Assembly: GCA_002299555.1 (NCBI GenBank)
Contig: DBOL01000025.1
Span: 817-64,816, forward strand
Length of the DNA stretch: 64,000 bases
Direction: 5' to 3'
Origin: Candidatus Aminicenantes bacterium UBA647
Lineage (GTDB): Bacteria; Acidobacteriota; Aminicenantia; UBA2199
In this document: positions 1 to 9,252 of the stretch, in pieces
How positions within the stretch are numbered: position 1 is the first letter of the stretch
How the letters are laid out: each line of letters opens with the position of its first letter
Notes under the pieces: model-generated
The model's database searches: none
What the model saw: the letters and a program-made list of their open reading frames with translations, nothing else
Told to the model about the DNA's origin: nothing
Position numbers and translations under genes: made by a program

Positions 1-905
1 GACTTTCCTGCCAGGTACCGGTCAAACAGAACATGAAAATAGAGATAGACCCGGAAGTTTTCAATGTGCAGAAATGGGAATGTACAGTCCGGTCAAATCA
101 TAATGTTGCGACTTTTATCAAGGAACTTGTTCTCGAACTTCCGAAAGAAGAGGAGATCGATTTCAGAGCCGGAGGATACATTCAGATCGAAGCACCTCCG
201 CACAAGTTAAATTATAAAGATTTCATTATTGAGGAAGAATATAGAGATGACTGGGACAAATATGACCAGTGGAAATTTGAGTCAAAGGTATCGGAAGATA
301 TAATAAGAGCCTACTCCATGGCCAGTTTCCCCCTCGAAAAAGATGTTATCCTTTTAAATGTAAGGATTGCTTCTCCACCACCATCACTCCCTAACGTACC
401 TCCCGGACAGATGTCCTCATTTATTTTTGACCTGAAACCCGAGGACAAAGTTATTGTTTCCGGACCTTATGGTGAGTTTTTCGCAAAAGAGACTGAAGCA
501 GAAATGGTATTCATCGGCGGTGGCGCAGGAATGGCTCCGATGAGATCACACATCTTTGATCAACTGATAAGACTGAAAAGCAAAAGAAAGATATCCTTCT
601 GGTATGGAGCAAGGAGTTTTCGTGAAATGTTCTATGTGGATGAATTCGACAAGTTAGCAAAAGATCACAAAAATTTCGAATGGCATATCGGATTGTCCGA
701 ACCTCTGCCTGAAGATAAATGGACAGGTTATACAGGTTTTATTCACCAGGTCATTTATGAAAACTACCTCAAGAACCACCCCGCTCCGGAGGATTGTGAA
801 TTCTATATGTGCGGACCTCCAATGATGAATACTGCTGTCATAGGTATGCTGGAAAACCTCGGAGTAGAACCTGAAAATATAATGCTTGACGATTTCGGAG
901 GTTAA
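1..905 (+). CDS. nqrF: Na+-translocating NADH:quinone oxidoreductase subunit F, C-terminal FAD/NADH-binding part (5' end lies upstream of the window)
   Basis: The frame stays open to the window edge (..[10 protein letters not shown] then [10 protein letters not shown]). It shows [28 protein letters not shown] and CGPPMM motifs of the NqrF ferredoxin-reductase-type domain. It is followed by apbE, as in nqr operons. Confidence 0.9.
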   Translation, partial: LSCQVPVKQNMKIEIDPEVFNVQKWECTVRSNHNVATFIKELVLELPKEEEIDFRAGGYIQIEAPPHKLNYKDFIIEEEYRDDWDKYDQWKFESKVSEDIIRAYSMASFPLEKDVILLNVRIASPPPSLPNVPPGQMSSFIFDLKPEDKVIVSGPYGEFFAKETEAEMVFIGGGAGMAPMRSHIFDQLIRLKSKRKISFWYGARSFREMFYVDEFDKLAKDHKNFEWHIGLSEPLPEDKWTGYTGFIHQVIYENYLKNHPAPEDCEFYMCGPPMMNTAVIGMLENLGVEPENIMLDDFGG

Positions 906-922
906 TTCCGGATCTGTAACTA

Positions 923-1996
923 ATGAGGCCTGAAATGAATTTCAGAGGGGTCTTGGCATCGATCGTATTTCTCTATGCTGTTTTTTTTTCGTCGTGCTCC
1001 ACTCCGGGAAAACAGGGTGATAATCACCTTGTCATTTCCGGTAACACAATGGGAACTACTTATACGGTCAAGATAGTTAAGAATAACTTTCTCCTCCTTG
1101 GTGATACTGCAAAAAAAATAAAAGAACTTGAAGATGGTATCACATCACTTTTACGTGGCATCAACATGAAAATGTCCACCTATATTCCCGATTCAGAGAT
1201 ATCATTATTCAACAATTCAAAAAATAACTCATGGATGGATATATCACCCGAAACAGCATTTGTGTTATCAAGTGCAGTCAGGATAAGTGAGATGACCGGA
1301 GGGGCTTTTGATATTACAATAGGGCCTCTGACAAACCTTTGGGGATTCGGTCCTGACAGGAAACCGGTAAAGATCCCCTCAGATATTGAGATCGATCGGG
1401 CGAGGGAAATGATAGGTTATAGAAAAATATCAATAAAAAACAATCCTTCCTCGGTAAAAAAAGATGCTGATGAAGTTTTTTGTGACCTGTCAGCCATTGC
1501 CAAGGGCTATGGGGTTGATATGGTAGCATCACTTCTTGATTCTTTCGGTTTTTATAATTATCTTGTCGAGATCGGAGGGGAAATCAGTGTCAGAGGAAAA
1601 AATGCCGGTGGAAAAGAGTGGCGATTGGGTGTTCTTGCTCCCGACGGTTCTAACGATATAAAAGAGATCATATCGATCGGTGACCTGGCTATGGCTACTT
1701 CCGGTGATTATCATAACTATTTTGAGGAGAATGGGATCAGGTATTCTCACACAATCGATCCGGAGACAGGCAGGCCGATCACTCATAAGCTTGTGTCTGT
1801 AACAGTCATAATGAGATCCTGTATGGAGGCTGATGCTCTTGCAACTGCCATAGATGTAATGGGACCTTTAAAAGGATATGAATTTGCTGTAAAAAATTCT
1901 ATCCCGGTATATATGATTGTAAAAGAGGGCGATAAGTATAAAGATAAAATATCCCCGGATTTTTTAGTTTTTCAGGTTGATAATCGAAAAAACTGA
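923..1996 (+). CDS. apbE: FAD:protein FMN transferase (ApbE family) lipoprotein
   Basis: Signal peptide with lipobox (FFSSC). ApbE-like motifs are GTTYTVKI, FDITIGPL.NLWGFG, AIAKGYGVD, ATSGDY and SHTIDP.TG. The position directly after nqrF fits. Confidence 0.85.
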   Translation: MRPEMNFRGVLASIVFLYAVFFSSCSTPGKQGDNHLVISGNTMGTTYTVKIVKNNFLLLGDTAKKIKELEDGITSLLRGINMKMSTYIPDSEISLFNNSKNNSWMDISPETAFVLSSAVRISEMTGGAFDITIGPLTNLWGFGPDRKPVKIPSDIEIDRAREMIGYRKISIKNNPSSVKKDADEVFCDLSAIAKGYGVDMVASLLDSFGFYNYLVEIGGEISVRGKNAGGKEWRLGVLAPDGSNDIKEIISIGDLAMATSGDYHNYFEENGIRYSHTIDPETGRPITHKLVSVTVIMRSCMEADALATAIDVMGPLKGYEFAVKNSIPVYMIVKEGDKYKDKISPDFLVFQVDNRKN

Positions 1997-2029
1997 TATA
2001 ATATTAATGAATATAATGAGGAGTTTAAA

Positions 2030-2218
2030 ATAAAACTATTAATAGTAATTCTTTTTGTGCTCGGAGCATTCGCAATTATGCTCTTTGGAATGTTCTTCGG
2101 TGACTACAAAAAGGTAAGAACAAGACACAAAAAAGAGAAGAGCAAGATCGATATTGCAAAGGAAGAAAGCGGTTTTTCATCCTGTGCCGGGTGTACCGGC
2201 ACAGATTGTAATAATTAA
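2030..2218 (+). CDS. Possible NqrM-like small membrane protein (one TM helix plus C-terminal CxxCxxxxC); start codon uncertain
   Basis: An open frame runs 1997-2218 and is absent from the ORF track because it has no upstream ATG. GAGGAG at 2018-2023 lies 6 nt before ATA 2030. The product is a hydrophobic helix LLIVILFVLGAFAIMLFGMFFG, then a K/R-rich linker, then SCAGCTGTDCNN. The position after apbE mirrors Vibrio nqrM. Confidence 0.3.
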   Translation: MKLLIVILFVLGAFAIMLFGMFFGDYKKVRTRHKKEKSKIDIAKEESGFSSCAGCTGTDCNN

Positions 2219-2240
2219 TATCTCACTTATTAAAAAAATA

Positions 2241-3041
2241 TTACTTTTTCCCTGTCCAGGTCCCGGTGTCTGTCCCTTTCAGAAGTGTCCCTGATATATC
2301 ATCAGCGCTACTGAACTCACCCCAATATGTAGTTCCATCTACACCATAAAGTATGAGATCTTTTGAATTGGAAACAACAAAACTTCCGGAGCCCTCGGCC
2401 TTACCGGAACCGACATTGTAGATAACAAAGCTACCTGATGTTTTTGTTCCGACAAAAGTGATCTTCTGTGTAGCCTTTACATCTCCGTTCACTATCCGGT
2501 TAAATACCCAATCTCCGAGGACATTATACTTATCACTGTCAAATAACCCCTTCTCATAAGTATAGGAACCTCTCTTCGTCACGGTGTATGCATTGCCGGC
2601 AGCATCTGTTACCTGCAGATCAAGAATGATCTCGGTCGGTGTATAAGGATCAAAGGACAACATATCATTGGGAACGGCATTTGCACTGAATGGCAGTGGC
2701 GTATTGATATAAATCTCTGAAACCTCATCCACAGGAATAGATAAATTTCCTGAGAGTTCGAGGTTATAATTTCCATAATTATTATTGTCGATCTCAACAA
2801 GAGTTACGATGTTATGCATTATCCTGAATTTCCAACTGGTTATAGTTCCTGTCTCATCACCTTTATTAGCTACAGAAAGGAATATGTTAATACTTGTAAG
2901 TCCATTTTCTCCTATGTCAGCAAATGAATACCCTGTAACAGCGAGAACCTGAAAGTTGTTAGCATCCGAATCAGATGTTTTACAGCCGGAAATGGAAAAA
3001 AGAAATGCGACCGTTATAACTGCTATTAATAATCTTCTCAT
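2241..3041 (-). CDS. Hypothetical lipoprotein
   Basis: Signal peptide with lipobox (SISGC), a 266 aa ORF, and an AGGAG upstream. I recognise no catalytic motif. Confidence 0.55.
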   Translation of the reverse strand: MRRLLIAVITVAFLFSISGCKTSDSDANNFQVLAVTGYSFADIGENGLTSINIFLSVANKGDETGTITSWKFRIMHNIVTLVEIDNNNYGNYNLELSGNLSIPVDEVSEIYINTPLPFSANAVPNDMLSFDPYTPTEIILDLQVTDAAGNAYTVTKRGSYTYEKGLFDSDKYNVLGDWVFNRIVNGDVKATQKITFVGTKTSGSFVIYNVGSGKAEGSGSFVVSNSKDLILYGVDGTTYWGEFSSADDISGTLLKGTDTGTWTGKK

Positions 3042-3185
3042 AAACTCCTCCTTGTTGAGAAATACTTAATCAATATCTAAATATACGTGAACAAGAAGAA
3101 AAGGTTTCCCTATTCATTAAATTATTGAACTTATTTATCCCCCATTTCGTATATAGTCTATCATCGAATTAATAAGGAGTTTTTT

Positions 3186-3800
3186 ATGAACAAAAAAGTG
3201 ATAATTATTCTGGTCCTGGCACTTACTGCACTTCCGGTTTTCTCTTCCAATTTCGGGTTAGTATTCAACATTAACTATAACATCGGAAGTTCCGATTTCT
3301 TCGAAAGAAATGAAATAATCTACCAGAGCGGAGGATATAATTTCCTTGAAAGCCAAAAAAACAAACTTGGAATGGGCTTCAATGTAGGAATTATCATCCC
3401 GATCACTTCAAAATTATCCGTCCTGCCTTCATTTACGATCAACTTTGGACATCAGAATTATGAATTCCTCAGGCAGGAAGGCACATCTGATTCAGATATC
3501 AAGGACAATTACTCCTTCCTGATTTACAGTGGTGCAGTAAAGATACATTATGACCTGTTTGTTTTGAAGAACGGTTGGAGGATCACCATGCTGTTAGGTG
3601 CAAATCATAATAGCTTTAAGGCTGATGGCGAGTCCGGTCTGAAAGATATGGAATTCTGGGGAGCTGAAGCAGGGATCGGCACAAAATTCTTCCAGATGGA
3701 GAACTTCGGATTCCAGACATTTCTGATATACAAATATCCTTTCAGCGAAGAAAATTATAGATATCTGACCCTACAGGCAGGGATCATTTACAGATTTTAA
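3186..3800 (+). CDS. Small outer-membrane beta-barrel (porin-family) protein
   Basis: Signal peptide, alternating hydrophobic beta-strand pattern, Gly/Asn/Tyr-rich composition, and a C-terminal ..GIIYRF ending in Phe. AAGGAG lies upstream. Confidence 0.55.
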   Translation: MNKKVIIILVLALTALPVFSSNFGLVFNINYNIGSSDFFERNEIIYQSGGYNFLESQKNKLGMGFNVGIIIPITSKLSVLPSFTINFGHQNYEFLRQEGTSDSDIKDNYSFLIYSGAVKIHYDLFVLKNGWRITMLLGANHNSFKADGESGLKDMEFWGAEAGIGTKFFQMENFGFQTFLIYKYPFSEENYRYLTLQAGIIYRF

Positions 3801-3807
3801 GTTTTAT

Positions 3808-5331
3808 TTATTCCAGGCTTCCTATTTCTTTTTCTACTTCTTCAAGGATCTCACACGATTTCACCAGTTTCTGCATTGCAGTATGATCCGGATAGAGCGG
3901 CCTGTCGATCTCGAGAAAATCAACATACCTTCTGATTACTTCCTTTGCCTTTGTAACACCTTTACCGAATTTAAATTCTCTGAAATCAAGCGCCTGAGCA
4001 GCAGCCATTAATTCTATACCAAGAATACCATAAGCATTATCCAGGATCTGGAAATTTTTGATGGCTGTATTCATACCCATCGAGACAAAATCCTCCTGAT
4101 CCGCAGCAGCCGGGATCGATTGAATTGATGCCGGGGTACAAAGTATTCTCTGTTCCACTATCTGCATGTCAGCAGTATATTGAGAAAGCATAAGACCGGA
4201 GAACATACCCCCTCCCTTTGTCAAAAAAGCAGGAAGGCCAACACTTAATGCAGGATGGTTAAGTCTGTTCATTCTTCTCTCAGACATTACACTCACCATT
4301 GTAATTGCAGCTCCAACCATATCCATGGGAAGTGATACAGGTGAACCCTGAAAATTTGCTCCTGAGATCTGAATATTTTTATCCGGGAAAAAGATCGGGT
4401 TGTCACCAACGCCATTAAGTTCTATCTCAACCTGAGACTTTGCATATTCAAGAGCATCATGAGCCGCACCGATAACCTGAGGTGTTGATCTCATGGAATA
4501 TGCATCCTGAACTTTACATTTTATCTTTCCTTCTACAAGGTCTCCACCTTCTACAAGTTTTCTTATTGACTTAGCACCCCGCACAGCCCCTTTGAATCCA
4601 CGTACTTCATGCAGAAGTGGCGTATATGGTTTCATATTAGCCTTCAGGGCCTCCAATGACATTGCAGCAGCTATCTCAGCCTGTTTCAACCAGTTGTTCG
4701 TATCATTTATTAAAATTGCTGACATTGCAGTCATAACATTAGATCCGTTTATTGTAGCCAAGCCGTCACGGGCCTCAAGACCGGGAATCTCTATACCGGC
4801 TTTGTCCATAGCTTCCTTTCCATCGAGAAGCTCACCTTTATAATATGCCTGCCCTTCTCCCATCAACAGAAGTGCGATCTGGGACATAGGAGCCAGGTCA
4901 CCTGAAGCACCAACTGAACCTTTCTGGCAGACAAATGGTGTAACGCCTTTGTTCAGCATTTCCATAAGTGTCTGGGTTATTATTGGCCTACAGCCTGAAT
5001 TTCCATGGGCATGGACATTTATTCTTCCGACCATTGCACCCCTTACGTATTCGATAGGTGCCGGATCACCTATACCTGCTGCATGATTATAAACTAAATA
5101 TTTCTGGAAATCTTTTACCTGATCATCATCCAATACAACTTCGGAGAACTCTCCAATTCCGGTATTAACTCCATACATTATTTCGCCGGCATCGATCTTT
5201 TTCTCAAGCATTGCTCTGCATACTTTGATCCTTTCCAGAGCATCCTCACTCAATTCTACTTTTTCATTGTGTCTGGCAATTCTTACCACTTTTTCTACGG
5301 TAAGTCCTGATCCTGTTAATACTATAGACAT
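3808..5331 (-). CDS. MIO-dependent aromatic amino acid / histidine ammonia-lyase family protein (paralog 1, NH variant)
   Basis: GSVGASGDLAPMS carries the Ala-Ser-Gly MIO precursor triad. Also present are YGVNTGIGEF, NHAAGIG and QDAYS.R. The length (507 aa) is typical of HutH/PAL/TAL. Confidence 0.85.
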   Translation of the reverse strand: MSIVLTGSGLTVEKVVRIARHNEKVELSEDALERIKVCRAMLEKKIDAGEIMYGVNTGIGEFSEVVLDDDQVKDFQKYLVYNHAAGIGDPAPIEYVRGAMVGRINVHAHGNSGCRPIITQTLMEMLNKGVTPFVCQKGSVGASGDLAPMSQIALLLMGEGQAYYKGELLDGKEAMDKAGIEIPGLEARDGLATINGSNVMTAMSAILINDTNNWLKQAEIAAAMSLEALKANMKPYTPLLHEVRGFKGAVRGAKSIRKLVEGGDLVEGKIKCKVQDAYSMRSTPQVIGAAHDALEYAKSQVEIELNGVGDNPIFFPDKNIQISGANFQGSPVSLPMDMVGAAITMVSVMSERRMNRLNHPALSVGLPAFLTKGGGMFSGLMLSQYTADMQIVEQRILCTPASIQSIPAAADQEDFVSMGMNTAIKNFQILDNAYGILGIELMAAAQALDFREFKFGKGVTKAKEVIRRYVDFLEIDRPLYPDHTAMQKLVKSCEILEEVEKEIGSLE

Positions 5332-5578
5332 TTAGTCCTCCTGTGTTGTTAAGGTTAATAACAAAAAATTATTATACAGAAAAACTTTCCAAATTAAAAC
5401 AAATTCCAACCAGTTTATATATTTAAACCGGATCATATGATCTACAGGATGTCCGGATAGTTTTTTGAAGCGATCCCTGCCCAGAAAAGAGAGAGTTGAG
5501 TCAGGCATAAGGATTATATATGGGACTCAAAGATTTGTTTTGTTGAATTTTCCTGAATTTTATTAATACTAATAAGTA

Positions 5579-6127
5579 ATGAGACTCTTTATCGGGATAA
5601 AGTTATCTGAAAAAATAAGAGGAAATCTATGTGATGTGTGCAGAGAACTCAAGGAGAGAGCATCACAAATGAAATGGGTAAAGGAGGACAATGTTCACAT
5701 TACCCTGAAATTTCTGGGAGAAACAGAAAAAAGAGATCAAATAATTGAAGTACTTGACAACAATATATCATCCTCAGAATTCAATCTTAGATTTACCGGA
5801 CTGGGGAGGTTCGGGAGAGGGGATGAATTGAGAATATTATGGGCAGGTATTGAAAATTCAGAAGAGTTAAATTCACTATTCAATAAGATCGAATCCCGAT
5901 TGGAGCCCCTCGGATTCCCGAAGGAGAAGAGGAATTTTTCACCGCATATAACACTCGGAAGAAATAGATACGGGAAAGTACACCAGGATCTCATAAGTGA
6001 GATTGAGAGATTATCTGATCATTCTTTCGGAGAACAGGAGATATCCTCAATCCAACTAATGAGCAGCACTCTCACCCTCTCCGGCCCCGTCTATAAAACC
6101 CTCTCCCATTTTTCAACAGGAAAATAA
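5579..6127 (+). CDS. thpR: RNA 2',3'-cyclic phosphodiesterase (2H phosphoesterase, ThpR/LigT)
   Basis: Two H-x-T-x motifs (HITLKF and HITLGR) at the spacing typical of the 2H family. Size is 182 aa. Confidence 0.8.
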   Translation: MRLFIGIKLSEKIRGNLCDVCRELKERASQMKWVKEDNVHITLKFLGETEKRDQIIEVLDNNISSSEFNLRFTGLGRFGRGDELRILWAGIENSEELNSLFNKIESRLEPLGFPKEKRNFSPHITLGRNRYGKVHQDLISEIERLSDHSFGEQEISSIQLMSSTLTLSGPVYKTLSHFSTGK

Positions 6128-6132
6128 TATAT

Positions 6133-6411
6133 TTATTTTTTGAGGCGGGAGATGTATTCTTCTCTGCACTTATCTGAGCAGAAGTGATACATAGTACCTT
6201 CTGATTTCAACTTGAGAGAAGTTTTTTCAAGAATGTAGGTGCCGCAGACAGGATCTTTTTCCATCTTCTCTACATTACTATTGCTTTCACTTTCCTGTTT
6301 TTTCCCCCGGGAAAAGAAGATATTTTCACCCTTGATAACTTTTTTGTAAAAGACTAAGCCGATCAATACAAAGATAACAAATGAAATTATCCTTTTTATA
6401 AGAATTATCAT
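6133..6411 (-). CDS. Membrane-anchored YHS/TRASH-type metal-binding domain protein
   Basis: N-terminal TM helix followed by DPVCG....YHFCSDKCREEY, the YHS-domain pattern. It lies 8 nt downstream of the HAL paralog on the same strand. Confidence 0.6.
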   Translation of the reverse strand: MIILIKRIISFVIFVLIGLVFYKKVIKGENIFFSRGKKQESESNSNVEKMEKDPVCGTYILEKTSLKLKSEGTMYHFCSDKCREEYISRLKK

Positions 6412-6418
6412 AATATTT

Positions 6419-7924
6419 TTATTTGGCAGCTTCTACTATCTCACCACTAATGATCATATCCACTATATTATCAAAAAGAACATCCATTCTCGAATCCTGT
6501 TCCAGAAAAGGGACCTTGCTTCTGACAACACTTTTTACTTTCTCAAGTTTCGGAGATGTTTTTTCTTCATAAAAATCGAGGGCCTGGAGTGAAGCCATCA
6601 GTTCAATAGCCAGAATATATTTCACATTCCCGACTATCTCTCCTGCTTTTCTTGCTGCAAAATTACCCATGCTGACATGATCCTCCTGATTTGCCGAGGT
6701 CGGGATGTTATCGACAGAAGCAGGATGTGCCAGGGTTCTGTTTTCTGATGTCAAAGCTGTAGCAGTAACATGAGCGATCATAAATCCTGAATTTAGCCCG
6801 TTATCCTCGATAAGAAAAGGCGGCAGATCCATATTTGTAGCCGGATTTATAACCCTGTCTATCCTCCTCTCAGAAATATTCCCAAGCTCGGTCATGGCAA
6901 TTGCCATAAAATCCATCGCAAAGGCAACCGGAGCGCCGTGGAAATTCCCACCGGACAGAATTTCTCCTTTTTCGGGGAATATAAGAGGATTTTCGGTAGC
7001 AGAATTTATTTCAATCTCAAGAATTCCTCTCACATGATCAAGTGTGTCACGGACAGCTCCATGAACCTGAGGAATGCAACGGACAGAATATGCATCCTGG
7101 ACCTTATTCTTCCCGCTATGCGAAGCCCATAAAGGAGAATCCTTGATTAGCCTCATAATATTCTTTGCAGTATTGATCTGGCCGGAATATGGTCTTACCA
7201 TCTGAATCTCTTCAAAAAATGGTGACGGGTTACCGAGTTGAGCTTCGAATGTCAATGCACCTGCAATGTCTGCAGTTTTAACCAGATTTTCACTATCAAC
7301 AAGATTAAATATCCCTATTGCAGTAAGAACCTGTGTACCATTGATCAATGCAAGGCCCTCTTTTTCAACCAGTACAAGAGGAGTTATCCCTTCTTCCCGG
7401 AATACATCAGAGGTTTCCCTAACCTCTCCCTTAAACTTCACATTTCCTTCTCCCAGAAGTGCTAAAGCGAGGTGAGATAGAGGTGCGAGATCTCCTGAGG
7501 CTCCTACTGATCCTTTCGCAGGAAGGATAGGGAGGATATCCCTGTTCAATAATTCAAGCAGCAACTCAACCACTTTCAGTCTTACTCCGCTATAACCTTT
7601 GGCAAGTACATTTGCCCTCAACAGGATCGTACCTCTGACAACATGATCCGGCAAAGGATCGCCAACACCCGCTGTGTGACTCTTTATAAGATTACGCTGA
7701 AGTTGTTTTAGATCAGAACTGTTTATCTTTTTAGATGCAAGAGCACCGAAGCCGGTATTTATTCCATAATAGGCTTTGCCTGTCTTTATAAAATCCTCAA
7801 GAGTCTTCCGAGCCAGCTGAACTCTCGATTTTGAGTCATCAGTTAATCCAACTATTGCATGATCTTTTGATATCTTAATAAATTCGTCAATTGTAAGTTT
7901 GTTTCCATCAATATTTATAAGCAT
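6419..7924 (-). CDS. hutH: Histidine ammonia-lyase (paralog 2, canonical SH variant)
   Basis: GSVGASGDLAPLSH MIO triad, YGINTGFG, KSHTAGVG and QDAYSVRC. Size is 501 aa. Confidence 0.85.
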   Translation of the reverse strand: MLINIDGNKLTIDEFIKISKDHAIVGLTDDSKSRVQLARKTLEDFIKTGKAYYGINTGFGALASKKINSSDLKQLQRNLIKSHTAGVGDPLPDHVVRGTILLRANVLAKGYSGVRLKVVELLLELLNRDILPILPAKGSVGASGDLAPLSHLALALLGEGNVKFKGEVRETSDVFREEGITPLVLVEKEGLALINGTQVLTAIGIFNLVDSENLVKTADIAGALTFEAQLGNPSPFFEEIQMVRPYSGQINTAKNIMRLIKDSPLWASHSGKNKVQDAYSVRCIPQVHGAVRDTLDHVRGILEIEINSATENPLIFPEKGEILSGGNFHGAPVAFAMDFMAIAMTELGNISERRIDRVINPATNMDLPPFLIEDNGLNSGFMIAHVTATALTSENRTLAHPASVDNIPTSANQEDHVSMGNFAARKAGEIVGNVKYILAIELMASLQALDFYEEKTSPKLEKVKSVVRSKVPFLEQDSRMDVLFDNIVDMIISGEIVEAAK

Positions 7925-8118
7925 ATTTTCTTCCTTATAAGAAAAACTATCACCAGGCCGGTAATCATCATAACAAAAGCTAGAATTTGTAGAGTTCTGG
8001 GATCTGAATCTGCGATCTTCCTGTAGTATTCCTTCATCTTTAAAGGAGCAATAAACAATGGAAGTGCTTCTATTATCATGATAGAACCAAAGATTATCAG
8101 TATCAGCCAGATAGTCAT
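7915..8118 (-). CDS. DUF2065-like small membrane protein
   Basis: 67 aa with two TM helices flanking a ..EALPLFIAP..M......D.R.LQI.. pattern. It is wedged between the FAD oxidoreductase and hutH with a 10 nt overlap. Confidence 0.5.
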   Translation of the reverse strand: MTIWLILIIFGSIMIIEALPLFIAPLKMKEYYRKIADSDPRTLQILAFVMMITGLVIVFLIRKKICL

Positions 8119-8120
8119 AG

Positions 8121-9251
8121 TTACTTCATAATTTCTTTTCTGGAAAAATCCCTTTCAAGCTTGAATTCATCCCAGTCAAAAGGATATGTTCCTTCTGTGA
8201 TTATCTGAGCAAGATATTTACCGATGGCAGGCCCGAACATAAATCCGTGACCCGACATTCCTGCAGCCACATAGAATCCTTTAGTTCCGGTCCTGTCAAT
8301 TATGGGACTCCCATCAGGGGTCATTGAATAGCTCCCCCCCCAATGTCTGAGCACATTAAGATCTTTAAGTTTTGGAATTAGCCTGGATGTCCTTTTCGAC
8401 ATCTCAAGGAGAAATTCAGAACTTGAAGAAGTGTGTTTCCCTGGTTTGTTGGGAACAGGTGTATAGCATCCAATGATCTGCCCTGTTACCATCTGTTGAA
8501 AGTAACAACCATCAGGCCTGTAATCAACCACCATCGGATCAAACAAATGTTCATATCGGTCAGAAATAAGAGCTTCATGCTCCTCAGGGAAGATAGGAAG
8601 TTCCACTCCGGCCATTTTACCCACTTCCACCGCCCAGGGGCCTGCAGCATTAACAACAACCGGAGACGCAAGAAATTCTCCATTTTCAAGTTCAACACCT
8701 GTAACAATTCCATCAACACTTTTTATCCCGGTAACTTCAGTGTAAGTCCTCACAACAGAACCATTGTCTCTGATTCCATTTATATACCCTTTGAGAACCT
8801 TGAAGGGATAAGCCTGCCCATCATCCGGGGAATAAACTCCACCTTTCAATCCTTTAGTGTTAATTCCAGGGACAAGTTTTTCACATTCTTCAGGATCGAG
8901 TTCTCTTACATTAAGACCGAGTTTTTTCTGGAGGGCAATAACACTTCTGAAAGCATCAAGTTTATCCTCCGTATGTGCAAGAAAAAGATATCCTCCGGCA
9001 AGGAACTCAACAGAAAATCCAAACGCCTTTTCCATCCCTGTGAAGTGGGCCATACTCTCCTGCATCAACTTTATCGAAGCCTCAGTGGAGAATTGCATCC
9101 TTATCCCGCCAATACATCTTCCGGTTGAACCTGAGCCTGTATATTTCTTCTCGACCACAATGGTTTTCAAACCTTTTTTAGTCAGGTGATAACCTACAGA
9201 AAGGCCTACTATCCCGCCCCCTATGATCACTGCATCAAAACTTTTACTCAA
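8121..9251 (-). CDS. FAD-dependent oxidoreductase (DAO family; sarcosine/glycine/D-amino-acid oxidase-like)
   Basis: N-terminal DAVIIGGGIVGLSVGYHL dinucleotide-binding motif, 376 aa, and a C-terminal GHGFM motif typical of the DAO family. Confidence 0.8.
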   Translation of the reverse strand: MSKSFDAVIIGGGIVGLSVGYHLTKKGLKTIVVEKKYTGSGSTGRCIGGIRMQFSTEASIKLMQESMAHFTGMEKAFGFSVEFLAGGYLFLAHTEDKLDAFRSVIALQKKLGLNVRELDPEECEKLVPGINTKGLKGGVYSPDDGQAYPFKVLKGYINGIRDNGSVVRTYTEVTGIKSVDGIVTGVELENGEFLASPVVVNAAGPWAVEVGKMAGVELPIFPEEHEALISDRYEHLFDPMVVDYRPDGCYFQQMVTGQIIGCYTPVPNKPGKHTSSSSEFLLEMSKRTSRLIPKLKDLNVLRHWGGSYSMTPDGSPIIDRTGTKGFYVAAGMSGHGFMFGPAIGKYLAQIITEGTYPFDWDEFKLERDFSRKEIMK

Positions 9252-9252
9252 T

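Noticed and set aside
8433-9128. 231 aa plus-strand ORF
   Set aside because: It is fully antisense to the FAD-dependent oxidoreductase, which has clear motifs. The sequence is low-complexity (Ser/Phe/Asn/Arg-rich) with no motif and no Shine-Dalgarno sequence. It is a typical shadow ORF in an AT-rich genome.
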